A stretch of 59,166 bases of DNA from Actinomycetota bacterium. GTDB taxonomy: Bacteria; Actinomycetota; Actinomycetes; S36-B12; UBA5976. Positions 19,638 through 29,234 of the stretch are shown here, one piece after another; the stretch's first letter is position 1, and the number at the start of each line of letters is the position of its first letter. Under the pieces are notes generated by a model. It saw nothing but the letters and a program-made list of their open reading frames with translations. It did no database searches and was not told the DNA's origin. The stretch lies in the NCBI GenBank assembly GCA_016870575.1, contig VGBH01000003.1:1-59166 (forward strand). Direction: 5' to 3'. The position numbers were made by a program, and so were the translations under genes.

Positions 19638-20723
19638 TTACTCTTCTGACGCTACGCGAACATCGATTGCATCGACAACTGCGTAGTATGGAGCCAACCC
19701 ATCAGCCAAAATAATTGGTGATGGTAGATCGTTAGCAAATTGTGTTGGCGGATTTCCGCAAATTGCATTTGCCACGATATCTACAGCCATTTGATGCTCT
19801 TCATAGCCTGGCTGTGCAGCCAAACCAAGAATCTTGCCATCACGAACAGCATCCATATTTGGTCGAGTCATATCTGGACCAATCATGTTTACCTGACGGC
19901 CACTTTCATCAACTGCACCTGCCCAAGCAACTGGGCCTGCACCTGTTGTTGAAATAGCACCAGTTACATCTGGGTTAGCGGTTAGCAGAGCAACAATCTT
20001 TGAGATTGATGAAGGAAGGTCGAAGCCTTCTTCAACTGATGGAAGCACCTTGATATCTGGATATAGCTCGTTCATCTTTTGAGTAAATGCTGCAGCTACA
20101 CCATCTTCAACTGGATTAAATCCACCCTGAGTAACTGCTGCAGTTCCAGTGCCACCCATCTTTTCACCGATTACCTCGGCTGCTGCTGCACCCCATTCAG
20201 CAGGGTTAAATGCTGCATAAGCGATAACGCCTGGATACTCACCTTCTTTAACTTGAACGTGACCAACTACTGCAGGAATTCCAGCATCGCCAAAGCGCTT
20301 GATTAGATCTTTTTCAGCTGGATCAATGAAGCCTAGAACTAGGCCGTCAGAACCAGTAGCCAAAATACCTTCACCAAGTGCAACTGCTTTGGTCCAATCT
20401 GGTTCATCTGGTGATGCAATTGTTACTTCACCAAAACCAAGTGCATTTGCTTGGTCATAAAAGCCCTGCTGCCATAGTCGCAATGTTGGGTGTCCTTTTA
20501 GAACAGACAAGTAGTGAATCTTCTTGCCACTTAAATCGCATGGTGGCTCTGACAGCGGTGTATAGACAGCTGCTGCTGCAGTTTGTCCAGCATCTTCGGT
20601 TGATACTGTGTCATCAGCTGCTTCTTCTGAACTACTTGAACAAGCGGCAACAATCAACAGTGATGCAAACATCAAGGCCAAGAGCTTTCCCCACGATTTG
20701 ACGCCCTTTGATTCTTGAATCAT
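19638..20723 (-). CDS. Sugar ABC transporter substrate-binding lipoprotein (periplasmic binding protein type I)
   Basis: Lipobox VAA-C; RbsB/XylF-like pattern (ILATGSDGLVL, AGIPAVV, GKILGLAAQPGYEE); SD GGGAGAGG. Confidence 0.9.
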   Translation of the reverse strand: MIQESKGVKSWGKLLALMFASLLIVAACSSSSEEAADDTVSTEDAGQTAAAAVYTPLSEPPCDLSGKKIHYLSVLKGHPTLRLWQQGFYDQANALGFGEVTIASPDEPDWTKAVALGEGILATGSDGLVLGFIDPAEKDLIKRFGDAGIPAVVGHVQVKEGEYPGVIAYAAFNPAEWGAAAAEVIGEKMGGTGTAAVTQGGFNPVEDGVAAAFTQKMNELYPDIKVLPSVEEGFDLPSSISKIVALLTANPDVTGAISTTGAGPVAWAGAVDESGRQVNMIGPDMTRPNMDAVRDGKILGLAAQPGYEEHQMAVDIVANAICGNPPTQFANDLPSPIILADGLAPYYAVVDAIDVRVASEE

Positions 20724-20910
20724 CCGTACCTCTCCCTTTTGGTATCTGCCTTTTCGAAATTGCAGTCAAAAACCGCAACTCGGCCGGTCAGTTTTCCCCA
20801 CGTCGCTAATCACGACTGGATAGGTTTACTCTGCTCTTCTTGCAAAAAAATTACAACCAGAGAGTGGTCATCGTTACTAAACTGTAACCATCCAACGAAC
20901 GCATTGAGTC

Positions 20911-20924
20911 TGATATCGCTACCA
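20911..20924. promoter_or_regulatory. Candidate LacI-family operator
   Basis: TGATATCGCTACCA fits TGnnAnCGnTnnCA; a near copy lies at 25130-25143. Confidence 0.45.
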
Positions 20925-21049
20925 TGCACTTACTATGTTATCGATTTACTTTTATTCTCTGGTTTGCCTTGACTTTTAGCCCGTTTGAGCCTTGAATTCA
21001 ATCACGGTCTACCAAATAAATAGTGGCTCGCAACGAGATGGGAATGCGT

Positions 21050-22024
21050 ATGTCAACGGTTCAAGTGGCTACAAATACAAATAGGAAAGAAAAGGGATTT
21101 CGCCTTCCACCAGAGTTAATCCTTTTAATTGTTCTCATTTTCACTATGGGATTTTTTGGACTACAGAATAGTAATTTCTTAAGTGTTGCAAGTTTACGTA
21201 TTTTACTTCTTTCAGTAGTTTTTACTGGAATTATTCTTATCGGCCAAAGTTTGTTAATTATTGCTGGTGAATTTGATCTATCTGTTGGCGCTGTTGCTTC
21301 CTTGGGAGCTGTATCAACCGCAATCTTGCTAGCTAGCTGGAATATGAATTTTTGGGTTGCAATTGTTATTGGTACTTTGATTGGTGGATTAGTAGGACTA
21401 TTAAATGGTGTGATAAGTATTGTGGTTGGAATTCCAGCTTTCGTTACAACATTAGCGATGTTGTTCCTAGCTCGCGGATTTGGATATGTGTTATCTGGCG
21501 GTGATCCAGTTTATCCACTGCCTGGCGATCCTGGTGTGCTAGCAAAAACTGAAATCCTTGGACTTGTCTCATCTGCATGGATCTTTTTGTTTCTTTTCTT
21601 GATCGCTGATTTGTATATTAGAACAAGCTCCATTGGAAGAAAAATCTACTTGGTAGGTGGTAACCCTGTTGCTGCCAAAATGTCTGGTATTCAGGTTGGC
21701 AAAATCAAAATTGGCTTGTTTATGCTTACTGGCGCACTTTCAGCATTTGCAGGCATATTGTTAATGAGCCGAAGTGAACGTGCTGATAACGTGACTGGAC
21801 TTGGCTGGGAACTTGCAGTTATTGCTGCGGCAGCAGTTGGCGGTATTCGACTTGAAGGCGGACGCGGAAGTCTTACGGGTGCGTTCTTAGGACTAATTCT
21901 GTTGCAAGTAATATTGCAAGGATTAATCACTATCGGAACAAATGCCATGTTGCTCGATGCAGTAAAAGGTATCGTTATGGTGATTGCAGTTTGGTTAGCT
22001 TTCCGAAAGTTGCCACAAACTTAA
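21050..22024 (+). CDS. Second sugar ABC transporter permease (RbsC-like)
   Basis: GEFDLSVGA, IPAFVTTLAM, GGNPVAAKMSG and WELAVIAAAAVGG. The start is uncertain (21023, 21038, 21044 or 21050). Confidence 0.9.
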   Translation: MSTVQVATNTNRKEKGFRLPPELILLIVLIFTMGFFGLQNSNFLSVASLRILLLSVVFTGIILIGQSLLIIAGEFDLSVGAVASLGAVSTAILLASWNMNFWVAIVIGTLIGGLVGLLNGVISIVVGIPAFVTTLAMLFLARGFGYVLSGGDPVYPLPGDPGVLAKTEILGLVSSAWIFLFLFLIADLYIRTSSIGRKIYLVGGNPVAAKMSGIQVGKIKIGLFMLTGALSAFAGILLMSRSERADNVTGLGWELAVIAAAAVGGIRLEGGRGSLTGAFLGLILLQVILQGLITIGTNAMLLDAVKGIVMVIAVWLAFRKLPQT

Positions 22025-22043
22025 CTTATTTGAAGGGACCGAG

Positions 22044-22919
22044 ATGAGTTTAGAAGTCTTTGATGAAAGAAAGTGCACTCTAGGCGAAGGACCAACATCA
22101 AGTGGTCCATCAAATAACCACATTATGTGGGTTGACATAATGGGTAAAAAGCTTCTCACAAAAGATTTATCAACTGGGAAAACAACCGAACAAGCTTCAA
22201 GTGAAGAAATTGGATTTGCTCTTCCTGGCGAAGACTCAGGCTTGGTACTCGGTTACGCAAGCGGTGCTAAATTCATTACTAAAGATGGGCAAGAATTTGA
22301 TTTGCCGCATTGGAAAACAATTCTGCCGTCAGACCCAAATACTCCGGTGCGATGGAATGACGCCAAAGTTTCCCCGCACAAACAACTTTATGCCGGAACG
22401 ATGGCTTTTGACGCTACTCCTGAAGTTGGGGGTCTATATCGAATCAGTCCAGACGGCAAAGAGATTGCTGGATTGATCTCAAAAGTATCCATCAGTAATG
22501 GTTTAGATTGGTCTCCAAATAAAACCAAGTTTTATTACATTGACACTTTGAAATATACCGTAGCAGTTTATGACTACAATCAAGATGGCATCTCAAATCC
22601 AAAAACATTAATTTCGTTTGATCAAGGTGATGTAATGCCTGATGGTATGTGTGTTGATGCCGAAGGTGGCATTTGGGTAGCATTCTTCAACGGCAGTTGC
22701 TTGAAAAGATATGATGAAAAAGGAAATCTTTCTGAAACTATCAAAATGCCGGTGAAAAATATTACATCTTGTGCGTTTGGTGGACCTAATCTGGAAACAC
22801 TATTCATAACTACTGCTGCCGTTTTAGATGAAGATAACCCTCAATCAGGAATGACTTTTATGATCAAGCCTGGAGTTAGCGGACAACAATTCAATCTGTT
22901 CCCGAATCCACTAAAGTAA
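22044..22919 (+). CDS. SMP-30/gluconolactonase/LRE family sugar lactonase
   Basis: LGEGP, RWNDAKV, ISNGLDWSPNK, PDGMCVDAEGGIW and TSCAFGGPNLETLFITT. Confidence 0.93.
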   Translation: MSLEVFDERKCTLGEGPTSSGPSNNHIMWVDIMGKKLLTKDLSTGKTTEQASSEEIGFALPGEDSGLVLGYASGAKFITKDGQEFDLPHWKTILPSDPNTPVRWNDAKVSPHKQLYAGTMAFDATPEVGGLYRISPDGKEIAGLISKVSISNGLDWSPNKTKFYYIDTLKYTVAVYDYNQDGISNPKTLISFDQGDVMPDGMCVDAEGGIWVAFFNGSCLKRYDEKGNLSETIKMPVKNITSCAFGGPNLETLFITTAAVLDEDNPQSGMTFMIKPGVSGQQFNLFPNPLK

Positions 22920-23844
22920 TTGAGAAACTCCAGATTTGAGTATCTCCAGACTTAACTTCTCTGGCTACCCCTAAGTCGATATTTTCATCAAGCCGATCTG
23001 AAATTCCAATCATCGGTTCAATTGCTATCCAAGTAGCTGGGTGTGGCCCTGGTGGCCAAGCAGTTAGATTGGAGCACACACCCACGTGGTTAATCTCATT
23101 ACTGAAGCTAAACTTTAAACCAGCAGATAACTCTTCATTAGCTAATATCAAATCCTGCATCCCGCTGGTCTGAATTGCTACTTTATCTGTTACACCTGAA
23201 TCTGGAAAAACATCTGTTAAGTTGACATCTAGTCCTGAAGCAGATTTCACTATCGGCCAAGTTAATTCATTCAAGTGTCCTAGATATCCATCTACTCCAT
23301 CTTCGCCAAGCCGACCGCCGAAACCAAACTCTTTGAACATTTTTTGTCCGTTCGGCACGATTACTTGATATTTGTTTGGCAATCGAAACAAAGGGTGGGC
23401 TGACCACATATACCAGTAACTCTTGATTCCTTTATTTGTTACTTGATAATTGAATTTGATTGTCTCGCCATCCAAAACAATCTCTCTATGAAACTCGAGC
23501 GGCATTGCACTCAAATCGACTTTTGCCAAAACTGAATTGTTTTTTACTTCCACTTGCCAAGGTTTTGCCCAAACTTCGCCGTGATCACAAAGCTTGATCT
23601 CACTTTCAAACGGATATTCAGATAATCCAATATTGGGAAAACATTCATCAAAACCACTAATGTCATAATCAGAATAACTTGAACAAAACTCAGGCTTTCT
23701 TACTGGTCTATGTTCATCTTGCCAAAGCCACTGAAAGTCATATCTTAAAAACTCTAATTTAGTAATTTTGCAGCCAACCTCTGGCAAAAAAGTTAGTCGA
23801 ATTTTATCTGTTTGCAGAACTATCTCTTGGAAATTTTCTGTCAT
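22891..23844 (-). CDS. Aldose 1-epimerase / galactose mutarotase-like protein
   Basis: GFDECFP, CDHGEVW, YMWSAHPLF and WIAIEP motifs. Confidence 0.8.
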   Translation of the reverse strand: MTENFQEIVLQTDKIRLTFLPEVGCKITKLEFLRYDFQWLWQDEHRPVRKPEFCSSYSDYDISGFDECFPNIGLSEYPFESEIKLCDHGEVWAKPWQVEVKNNSVLAKVDLSAMPLEFHREIVLDGETIKFNYQVTNKGIKSYWYMWSAHPLFRLPNKYQVIVPNGQKMFKEFGFGGRLGEDGVDGYLGHLNELTWPIVKSASGLDVNLTDVFPDSGVTDKVAIQTSGMQDLILANEELSAGLKFSFSNEINHVGVCSNLTAWPPGPHPATWIAIEPMIGISDRLDENIDLGVAREVKSGDTQIWSFSITLVDSGTD

Positions 23845-23860
23845 AAGCACCTAACCCAAT

Positions 23861-25066
23861 CTAGATCTTACTGATTTGAGTATGCAAGTCGTTTCGATTG
23901 AAGAAGTCCGACTTAAAACTTAAACCCAAACCAGGCCGCTCGCTTGGATACAGTCGTCCATCTCGAAACTCTGGTAAACCATCCATAACTTCTTGATACC
24001 AACCGAAATAGTAGGCGCGCACAAATTCTTGAAATTCAATATTTGGATTAGTTATTGATAAATTGAACCCAGCTGTCAAGCCAACAGGTCCAGTGCAATC
24101 ATGAGGCGAAACAAGAATTCCATAGGTGTGCGCTAGATCAACAATTTTCCTTGATTCTGAAATTCCCCCAGCCCAAAGTGGATCCACCATCAAGTGATTC
24201 AGCACTTGAATATCAAGTAATTTTTGATATTCAAATTTTGTGCCAATAGTTTCACCAAAAGTTAAATCAGCATTTGTTCTTGATCGCAATTGTTGTAAAC
24301 CTTTATAGCTTTCAATTCGAATTGCGTCTTCATACCAAAATATATCAAATTCCTCAGTCTCCTTGATAATTTTTAATGCAACCGATGGTGACCAAAGACT
24401 ATGCATCTCTAACATAATCTTGAAATTTGGACCAGCAGCTGCGCGCAAGTTTCGTATCACTTGTACTCCAGCTTCAAGTGAATCTGATGAAATGAATCGG
24501 CCGCCTGAATCAACTGCCGCTTGATCAAATGGCCAAACTTTTAAGGCTCGAAATCCCATCTCGCCTAACTCATTAATCAAGCGAGACTGGTCATAAAGAA
24601 ACATATTAAGATCTTCAAATGAGTCTCCTAAATTGTTCCCCAATTGCGACGCACGGTCTCGTTCAATGTTGCTGCTAACTCTGGCATAGCCTGGACCAGC
24701 GCAAGTGTTATATGTTTCAATCGATTCTCGAACTGCCCCGCCGAGAACCTTATAAACCGGTAAATTAAGTGATTTTCCAAATATATCCCAAAGTGCTATG
24801 TCTATTGAAGAATGTGCACGCACTGAAATGCTAGACCCACTGTAACCGATGAAATCATTTCGTAATTTTTCATTTATCAAACTTATATTTGTTGCATCTA
24901 CTCCTAAAATTCTAGGTGCAATACTCTCGTGAACAAATGCTTCAATTGCAACCGCACCTATGCAGTTTTCACTTAATCCAATAATCCCGCTATCTGTTTT
25001 TATCTCAAGAAACAGCATTGCTGGAAATTTATCCAGTCGATAAGTTCTTATCTCAGTAATCTTCAT
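23861..25066 (-). CDS. Enolase-superfamily (mandelate racemase subgroup) probable acid-sugar dehydratase
   Basis: IDIALWDIFGK, PVYKVLGG, KVWPF, acidic metal ligands (LEMH, YED, GET) and PHDCTG; ATG at 25066 behind GGGGAG. Confidence 0.88.
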   Translation of the reverse strand: MKITEIRTYRLDKFPAMLFLEIKTDSGIIGLSENCIGAVAIEAFVHESIAPRILGVDATNISLINEKLRNDFIGYSGSSISVRAHSSIDIALWDIFGKSLNLPVYKVLGGAVRESIETYNTCAGPGYARVSSNIERDRASQLGNNLGDSFEDLNMFLYDQSRLINELGEMGFRALKVWPFDQAAVDSGGRFISSDSLEAGVQVIRNLRAAAGPNFKIMLEMHSLWSPSVALKIIKETEEFDIFWYEDAIRIESYKGLQQLRSRTNADLTFGETIGTKFEYQKLLDIQVLNHLMVDPLWAGGISESRKIVDLAHTYGILVSPHDCTGPVGLTAGFNLSITNPNIEFQEFVRAYYFGWYQEVMDGLPEFRDGRLYPSERPGLGLSFKSDFFNRNDLHTQISKI

Positions 25067-25129
25067 CGGTTCTCCCCTTGGCAATTATCCACTTAGATAG
25101 GCAGAAAGCACAAGAAGCAAATCATCTAA

Positions 25130-25143
25130 TGATATCGATAACT
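25130..25143. promoter_or_regulatory. Candidate LacI-family operator upstream of the dehydratase
   Basis: TGATATCGATAACT shares TGATATCGnTAnC with 20911-20924. Confidence 0.45.
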
Positions 25144-25159
25144 CAATTATCTAGTTGAA

Positions 25160-26161
25160 TCAAGATTGTCTGGTGATTGTGGCATCACATATTGAAATCA
25201 ACGCATTTTTTGTAGCGTTGTTTGAAACTTCAGCGATTGCAGATTTGGCTTTTTCAGCCCACTGAATCGCCACTTCTTTTGCCTGACTTAGTGCTCGATG
25301 AGATCTAATTTCAGTTAACAGTTGGGGTAGCGCGTTAAGAGTTATTTGTCCTGCAAGTGTTGCGATTAATTCTTTGTCTTCCGAATTGTTATCCCGTTGA
25401 ATAAGCAGTGTTGTAAGAGTGGGAACTCCTTCTAATAAATCAGTTCCCGGCACTTTCCCAGAGGATTCAGAATCACTTGTTAAATCAATGATGTCATCTG
25501 TTAATTGAAAAGCAACTCCTATTGCTTCACCATATTGACGCATTGCAACTTGATCTGCTTTGTTAGCACCGGCAAACTCAGCACCGAATTGAGCAGCTGT
25601 CGCAATCAGTGAACCAGTTTTTTCAGCTAATACTAAAAGGTGGTGCTGCACCGGATCGATATCTTTAGCCGGACCAACTGTCTCAAGTAGCTGTCCAGTT
25701 ACTAATCTTTCAAAAGTTTGTGCTTGTAACCTAACTGCTGCAGGACCTAGATCAGCAACTAATTCAGAAGCACGGGCAAACAAGAAGTCACCAGCAAGAA
25801 TTGCTGAAGAGTTACCAAATCTGCTATTTGCTGAAACTGCCCCGCGGCGCAATTTGGCTTCATCCATCACGTCATCGTGATACAGAGTTGCAAGATGTGT
25901 TAACTCAATAACTACAGCCGCCTTAACAACATTTTCTTTAGAAATGTCACCAAGAGTTGCTGCAAGCAGTGTGATTAGCGGCCTAAACCTTTTGCCTCCC
26001 GCATTAACTAAATGTGTTGTCATTTCATTAATGAACGGATTTTCTGACTTACAACTTTGTTTTAGTAATTCCTCAACCGCAACTAAACGTTCACTAATAG
26101 CTGTTTCTAATTCATTAGAAGCAAAATCAAATGAAATTCCGGCTGGATTTGAGTTAACCAT
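25160..26161 (-). CDS. Polyprenyl diphosphate synthase (menaquinone side chain)
   Basis: GGKRFRP, FARM LYHDDVMD, SARM FQLTDDIID and EKTGSLI. Confidence 0.95.
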   Translation of the reverse strand: MVNSNPAGISFDFASNELETAISERLVAVEELLKQSCKSENPFINEMTTHLVNAGGKRFRPLITLLAATLGDISKENVVKAAVVIELTHLATLYHDDVMDEAKLRRGAVSANSRFGNSSAILAGDFLFARASELVADLGPAAVRLQAQTFERLVTGQLLETVGPAKDIDPVQHHLLVLAEKTGSLIATAAQFGAEFAGANKADQVAMRQYGEAIGVAFQLTDDIIDLTSDSESSGKVPGTDLLEGVPTLTTLLIQRDNNSEDKELIATLAGQITLNALPQLLTEIRSHRALSQAKEVAIQWAEKAKSAIAEVSNNATKNALISICDATITRQS

Positions 26162-27708
26162 TACCGGATAAATAGTGGTGATTGGGCTAGTAAATCAAAC
26201 AATGGTTGAGGGTAAACACCAAGTATAAGAGTCATTAGAATTGAAACAACTAATGCAATAATTGTGAAATTACTTGGTATAGCAACTGCTACTTCGTCGG
26301 ATTCAGATCTACGAAAATACATCAAAACCACTATTCGCAAATAGAAAACAACAGCAATCGCACTCGCAAGAATGGCAAGCAGAACTAAAGGAGTTTGTTC
26401 GGCCTGAATGGCAGAGGCAAAAATTGAGAACTTGGCAATGAATCCAGAAGTAAGCGGAAAGCCAGCAAGTGCTAACATCAAAAATGTTATCGACAGCGCC
26501 GTAATTGGTGACTTGGATGCAAGTCCTCGCCATGACTCAATTCCACTTGCCTCTCCGCTGGCATCTCGGATAAGCGAAACTAGTAGAAAAATTCCTAAAG
26601 TAGTGAAAGCATATGCCGTTAAGTAAAAGAGAATTGAAATAATTCCGGCGTTTGTTCCAGATATGAGACCAACCATGATAAAACCTGCGTGAGCTATTGA
26701 CGAGTAGGCAAGCATTCGCTTAATGTCTGATTGCACGAGTGCAACAAATACTCCAACAAACATAGTTATTAATGTTACTGCCCAAAGTATTGGTCGCCAA
26801 TCCCAAATTAATGAACCAAAAGCAGAATAAACCAATCGCATCATCGCACCAAATGCTGCAACCTTTACACCAGCTGCCATAAATGCTGTTAAGGTTGTTG
26901 GTGCACCTTGATAAACATCAGGCGTCCATTGATGAAAGGGTGCTGATCCAACTTTGAACAACATTCCTACCAAAATCAAAACCACACCTGTAACTAAAAG
27001 CGTTGACATTTGTGGTCGAGTTGGAATTGCAAAAGCGATGTCGTCAAAATTTATACCACCCGTTGCGCCATAGACTAATGCTGCGCCAAACAAGAAAAAT
27101 GCAGAAGAATAAGCACCTAGAACAAAATACTTGAGTGCGGCTTCTTGAGACAAAAGTCTTCGACGGCGCGCCATGCCAGCCATTAGATAAAGGGGTAGAG
27201 ACATCACTTCAAGTGCAATAAACATAGTAAGCAAATCATTTGCAACTACAAATAATTGCATTCCACCAACTGCAAAGAGAAATAGCGTCCAAATTTCAGT
27301 TGAATACCAGCCAGCCTGAGTAAATGCGCGTTCATCTGAGCTTCCCGGTATCGCAGAAGCGCGAGCAGCGAACGCATCGCCTGAAGGATCTACTTTGTTC
27401 TCAGCCAAGCCAGCAGCACCAATAATTGCAACTAGTGCAATGATTGCTTGAAGAGCAATACCTGGACCATCAATTGCAACTGCTTCGCCCGCAGTAAGTG
27501 TTTGAGTGCCAAACAGCATTGCAGTCATCGCTAAAGATGCAACCAATGAAGTGAAGACTAAAAGAAGTTGAAGAGGTCTGCGCATTGAACGCTTTGCAAA
27601 TGTTTCAATTAACAGTGAAACTACACCTGCTCCGAGCAAGATGGTAAACGGTGAGATTACAAACCAATCAATTGATGGTTGCAAAAATACTTGAGTTGGA
27701 ATCATCAT
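26161..27708 (-). CDS. nuoN: NADH-quinone oxidoreductase subunit N
   Basis: EAALKYF, FKVGSAPFHQWTPDVYQGAP and KRMLAYSSIAH. Confidence 0.97.
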   Translation of the reverse strand: MMIPTQVFLQPSIDWFVISPFTILLGAGVVSLLIETFAKRSMRRPLQLLLVFTSLVASLAMTAMLFGTQTLTAGEAVAIDGPGIALQAIIALVAIIGAAGLAENKVDPSGDAFAARASAIPGSSDERAFTQAGWYSTEIWTLFLFAVGGMQLFVVANDLLTMFIALEVMSLPLYLMAGMARRRRLLSQEAALKYFVLGAYSSAFFLFGAALVYGATGGINFDDIAFAIPTRPQMSTLLVTGVVLILVGMLFKVGSAPFHQWTPDVYQGAPTTLTAFMAAGVKVAAFGAMMRLVYSAFGSLIWDWRPILWAVTLITMFVGVFVALVQSDIKRMLAYSSIAHAGFIMVGLISGTNAGIISILFYLTAYAFTTLGIFLLVSLIRDASGEASGIESWRGLASKSPITALSITFLMLALAGFPLTSGFIAKFSIFASAIQAEQTPLVLLAILASAIAVVFYLRIVVLMYFRRSESDEVAVAIPSNFTIIALVVSILMTLILGVYPQPLFDLLAQSPLFIR

Positions 27709-29234
27709 TAATTTTCACCATCAATCAATGCTGCTGGATCTACTTGAGAGACCTGTTGCATAACCTTTTCTGAGGTTGGGTTAAGCAAATCAAAAGCCAG
27801 TTGTGGTACAAAGCCAAGCACTAACGTCAAGGCGATTACTGGCGATAGCGCTATAACTTCCCTACCTGAAACATCTTTGATTCCGCTAACAGCATCAGAT
27901 GGATGCCCAGTCATAGTTCTTTGGTACAGCCAAAGTGCATATACCGCAGCTACCACAATTCCCAATGTCGCAAAACCTGCCAATATTGGGTAACGAGCGA
28001 AAGTGCCAAGTAAAACGGTAAATTCTGCAATAAAACTGGCAAGACCAGGTAGCGCAACTGAAGACAAACCACCAAAGAGAATTAACCCAGCAAGAAGTGG
28101 TGTGATTTGAAATGCGCCAGCATGATCTGAAATCTCACTGCTTCCGGTGCGCTGCATCAAGTAGCCAACTGCAAGGAAAAGGGCTGCGGTTGATAAGCCG
28201 TGCGAGAACATATAGAACATTGCACCTGAAATACCTTGAGTAGTAAAAGCAAATATCCCAAGCACAATGAATCCAAAATGTGAAATGGAAACATACGCCA
28301 TTAACCGCTTCATATCCTTTGAACCAATTGCCATCAGCGCACCATAGAAAATACTTAGCGTTGCCAGAGTAAGTGCAACTGGAGCTAACTCAGCTGATGC
28401 TTCAGGGAATAGAGGAAGTAAAAACCGCAGCATTGCGTAAGTTCCTACTTTATCCAAGATGCCAATTAACAAAACAGCAACAGCAGGTGTGGAAGATTGC
28501 GCTGCATCAGGCAACCAAGAATGAACTGGAACTAATGGTGCCTTAATTGCAAATGCTATAAAGAACGCAACAAACAACCACCGTTGAGTTTCTATGTTTA
28601 GTCCAAGCGTGGATAAAAACTCTAAATTAAAAGATCCAATTTCAGTTATTCGAAGACTTTGCACCCAAAGGCTGATTACTCCAGCTAGTAGAATTAGTCC
28701 ACCAACTAATGAAAAAATTAAGAACTTAACTGCCGCTTTACGTCTATCACCAACTCCATATCTACCAATCAAGAAATACATTGGAACTAACATCAATTCA
28801 AAGAAAACATAAAACATAAACAAATCTGTTGCCACAAATACTGCAATAACAACAGATTGCAGTAAAAGATTTAATCCGTAAAATTTCCCAACAGCATCAT
28901 CTGCTACATCTCGCCAAGCAGCTAGCAAAACAACTGGAACCAGAATGGTAACAAGTCCCAACATAACCAGACCTAATCCATCTACCCCAACGGACCAGCT
29001 AACTCCGAATGCGGTTATCCATTCATAACTTTCAACAAGCTGAAATTGGTCCGTTGCATTGATCTGAAATTGCATTGCTGCGGTAACAAAAAGGGCAAAA
29101 ACTATCCCAAAGATAGCGAAAGCAATCGATTTTATCCGTGCGGCACCCAGTGCTGATGGGATTGCAAAAACCAAGAGAGAACCTAATAGCGGAAGCAAAA
29201 TCATTATTGATAGATATGGCAAATTGTTTATCAC
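27708..29234 (-). CDS. nuoM: NADH-quinone oxidoreductase subunit M
   Basis: FYVFFELMLVPMY, AIKAPLVPVHSWLPDA and ALPGLASFIAEF. Confidence 0.97.
   Translation of the reverse strand: MINNLPYLSIMILLPLLGSLLVFAIPSALGAARIKSIAFAIFGIVFALFVTAAMQFQINATDQFQLVESYEWITAFGVSWSVGVDGLGLVMLGLVTILVPVVLLAAWRDVADDAVGKFYGLNLLLQSVVIAVFVATDLFMFYVFFELMLVPMYFLIGRYGVGDRRKAAVKFLIFSLVGGLILLAGVISLWVQSLRITEIGSFNLEFLSTLGLNIETQRWLFVAFFIAFAIKAPLVPVHSWLPDAAQSSTPAVAVLLIGILDKVGTYAMLRFLLPLFPEASAELAPVALTLATLSIFYGALMAIGSKDMKRLMAYVSISHFGFIVLGIFAFTTQGISGAMFYMFSHGLSTAALFLAVGYLMQRTGSSEISDHAGAFQITPLLAGLILFGGLSSVALPGLASFIAEFTVLLGTFARYPILAGFATLGIVVAAVYALWLYQRTMTGHPSDAVSGIKDVSGREVIALSPVIALTLVLGFVPQLAFDLLNPTSEKVMQQVSQVDPAALIDGEN

Noticed and set aside
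20992-21001. Perfect 10-bp palindrome TTGAATTCAA before the second permease
   Set aside because: It is short, AT-rich and not repeated at the other island promoter, so it is plausibly chance.
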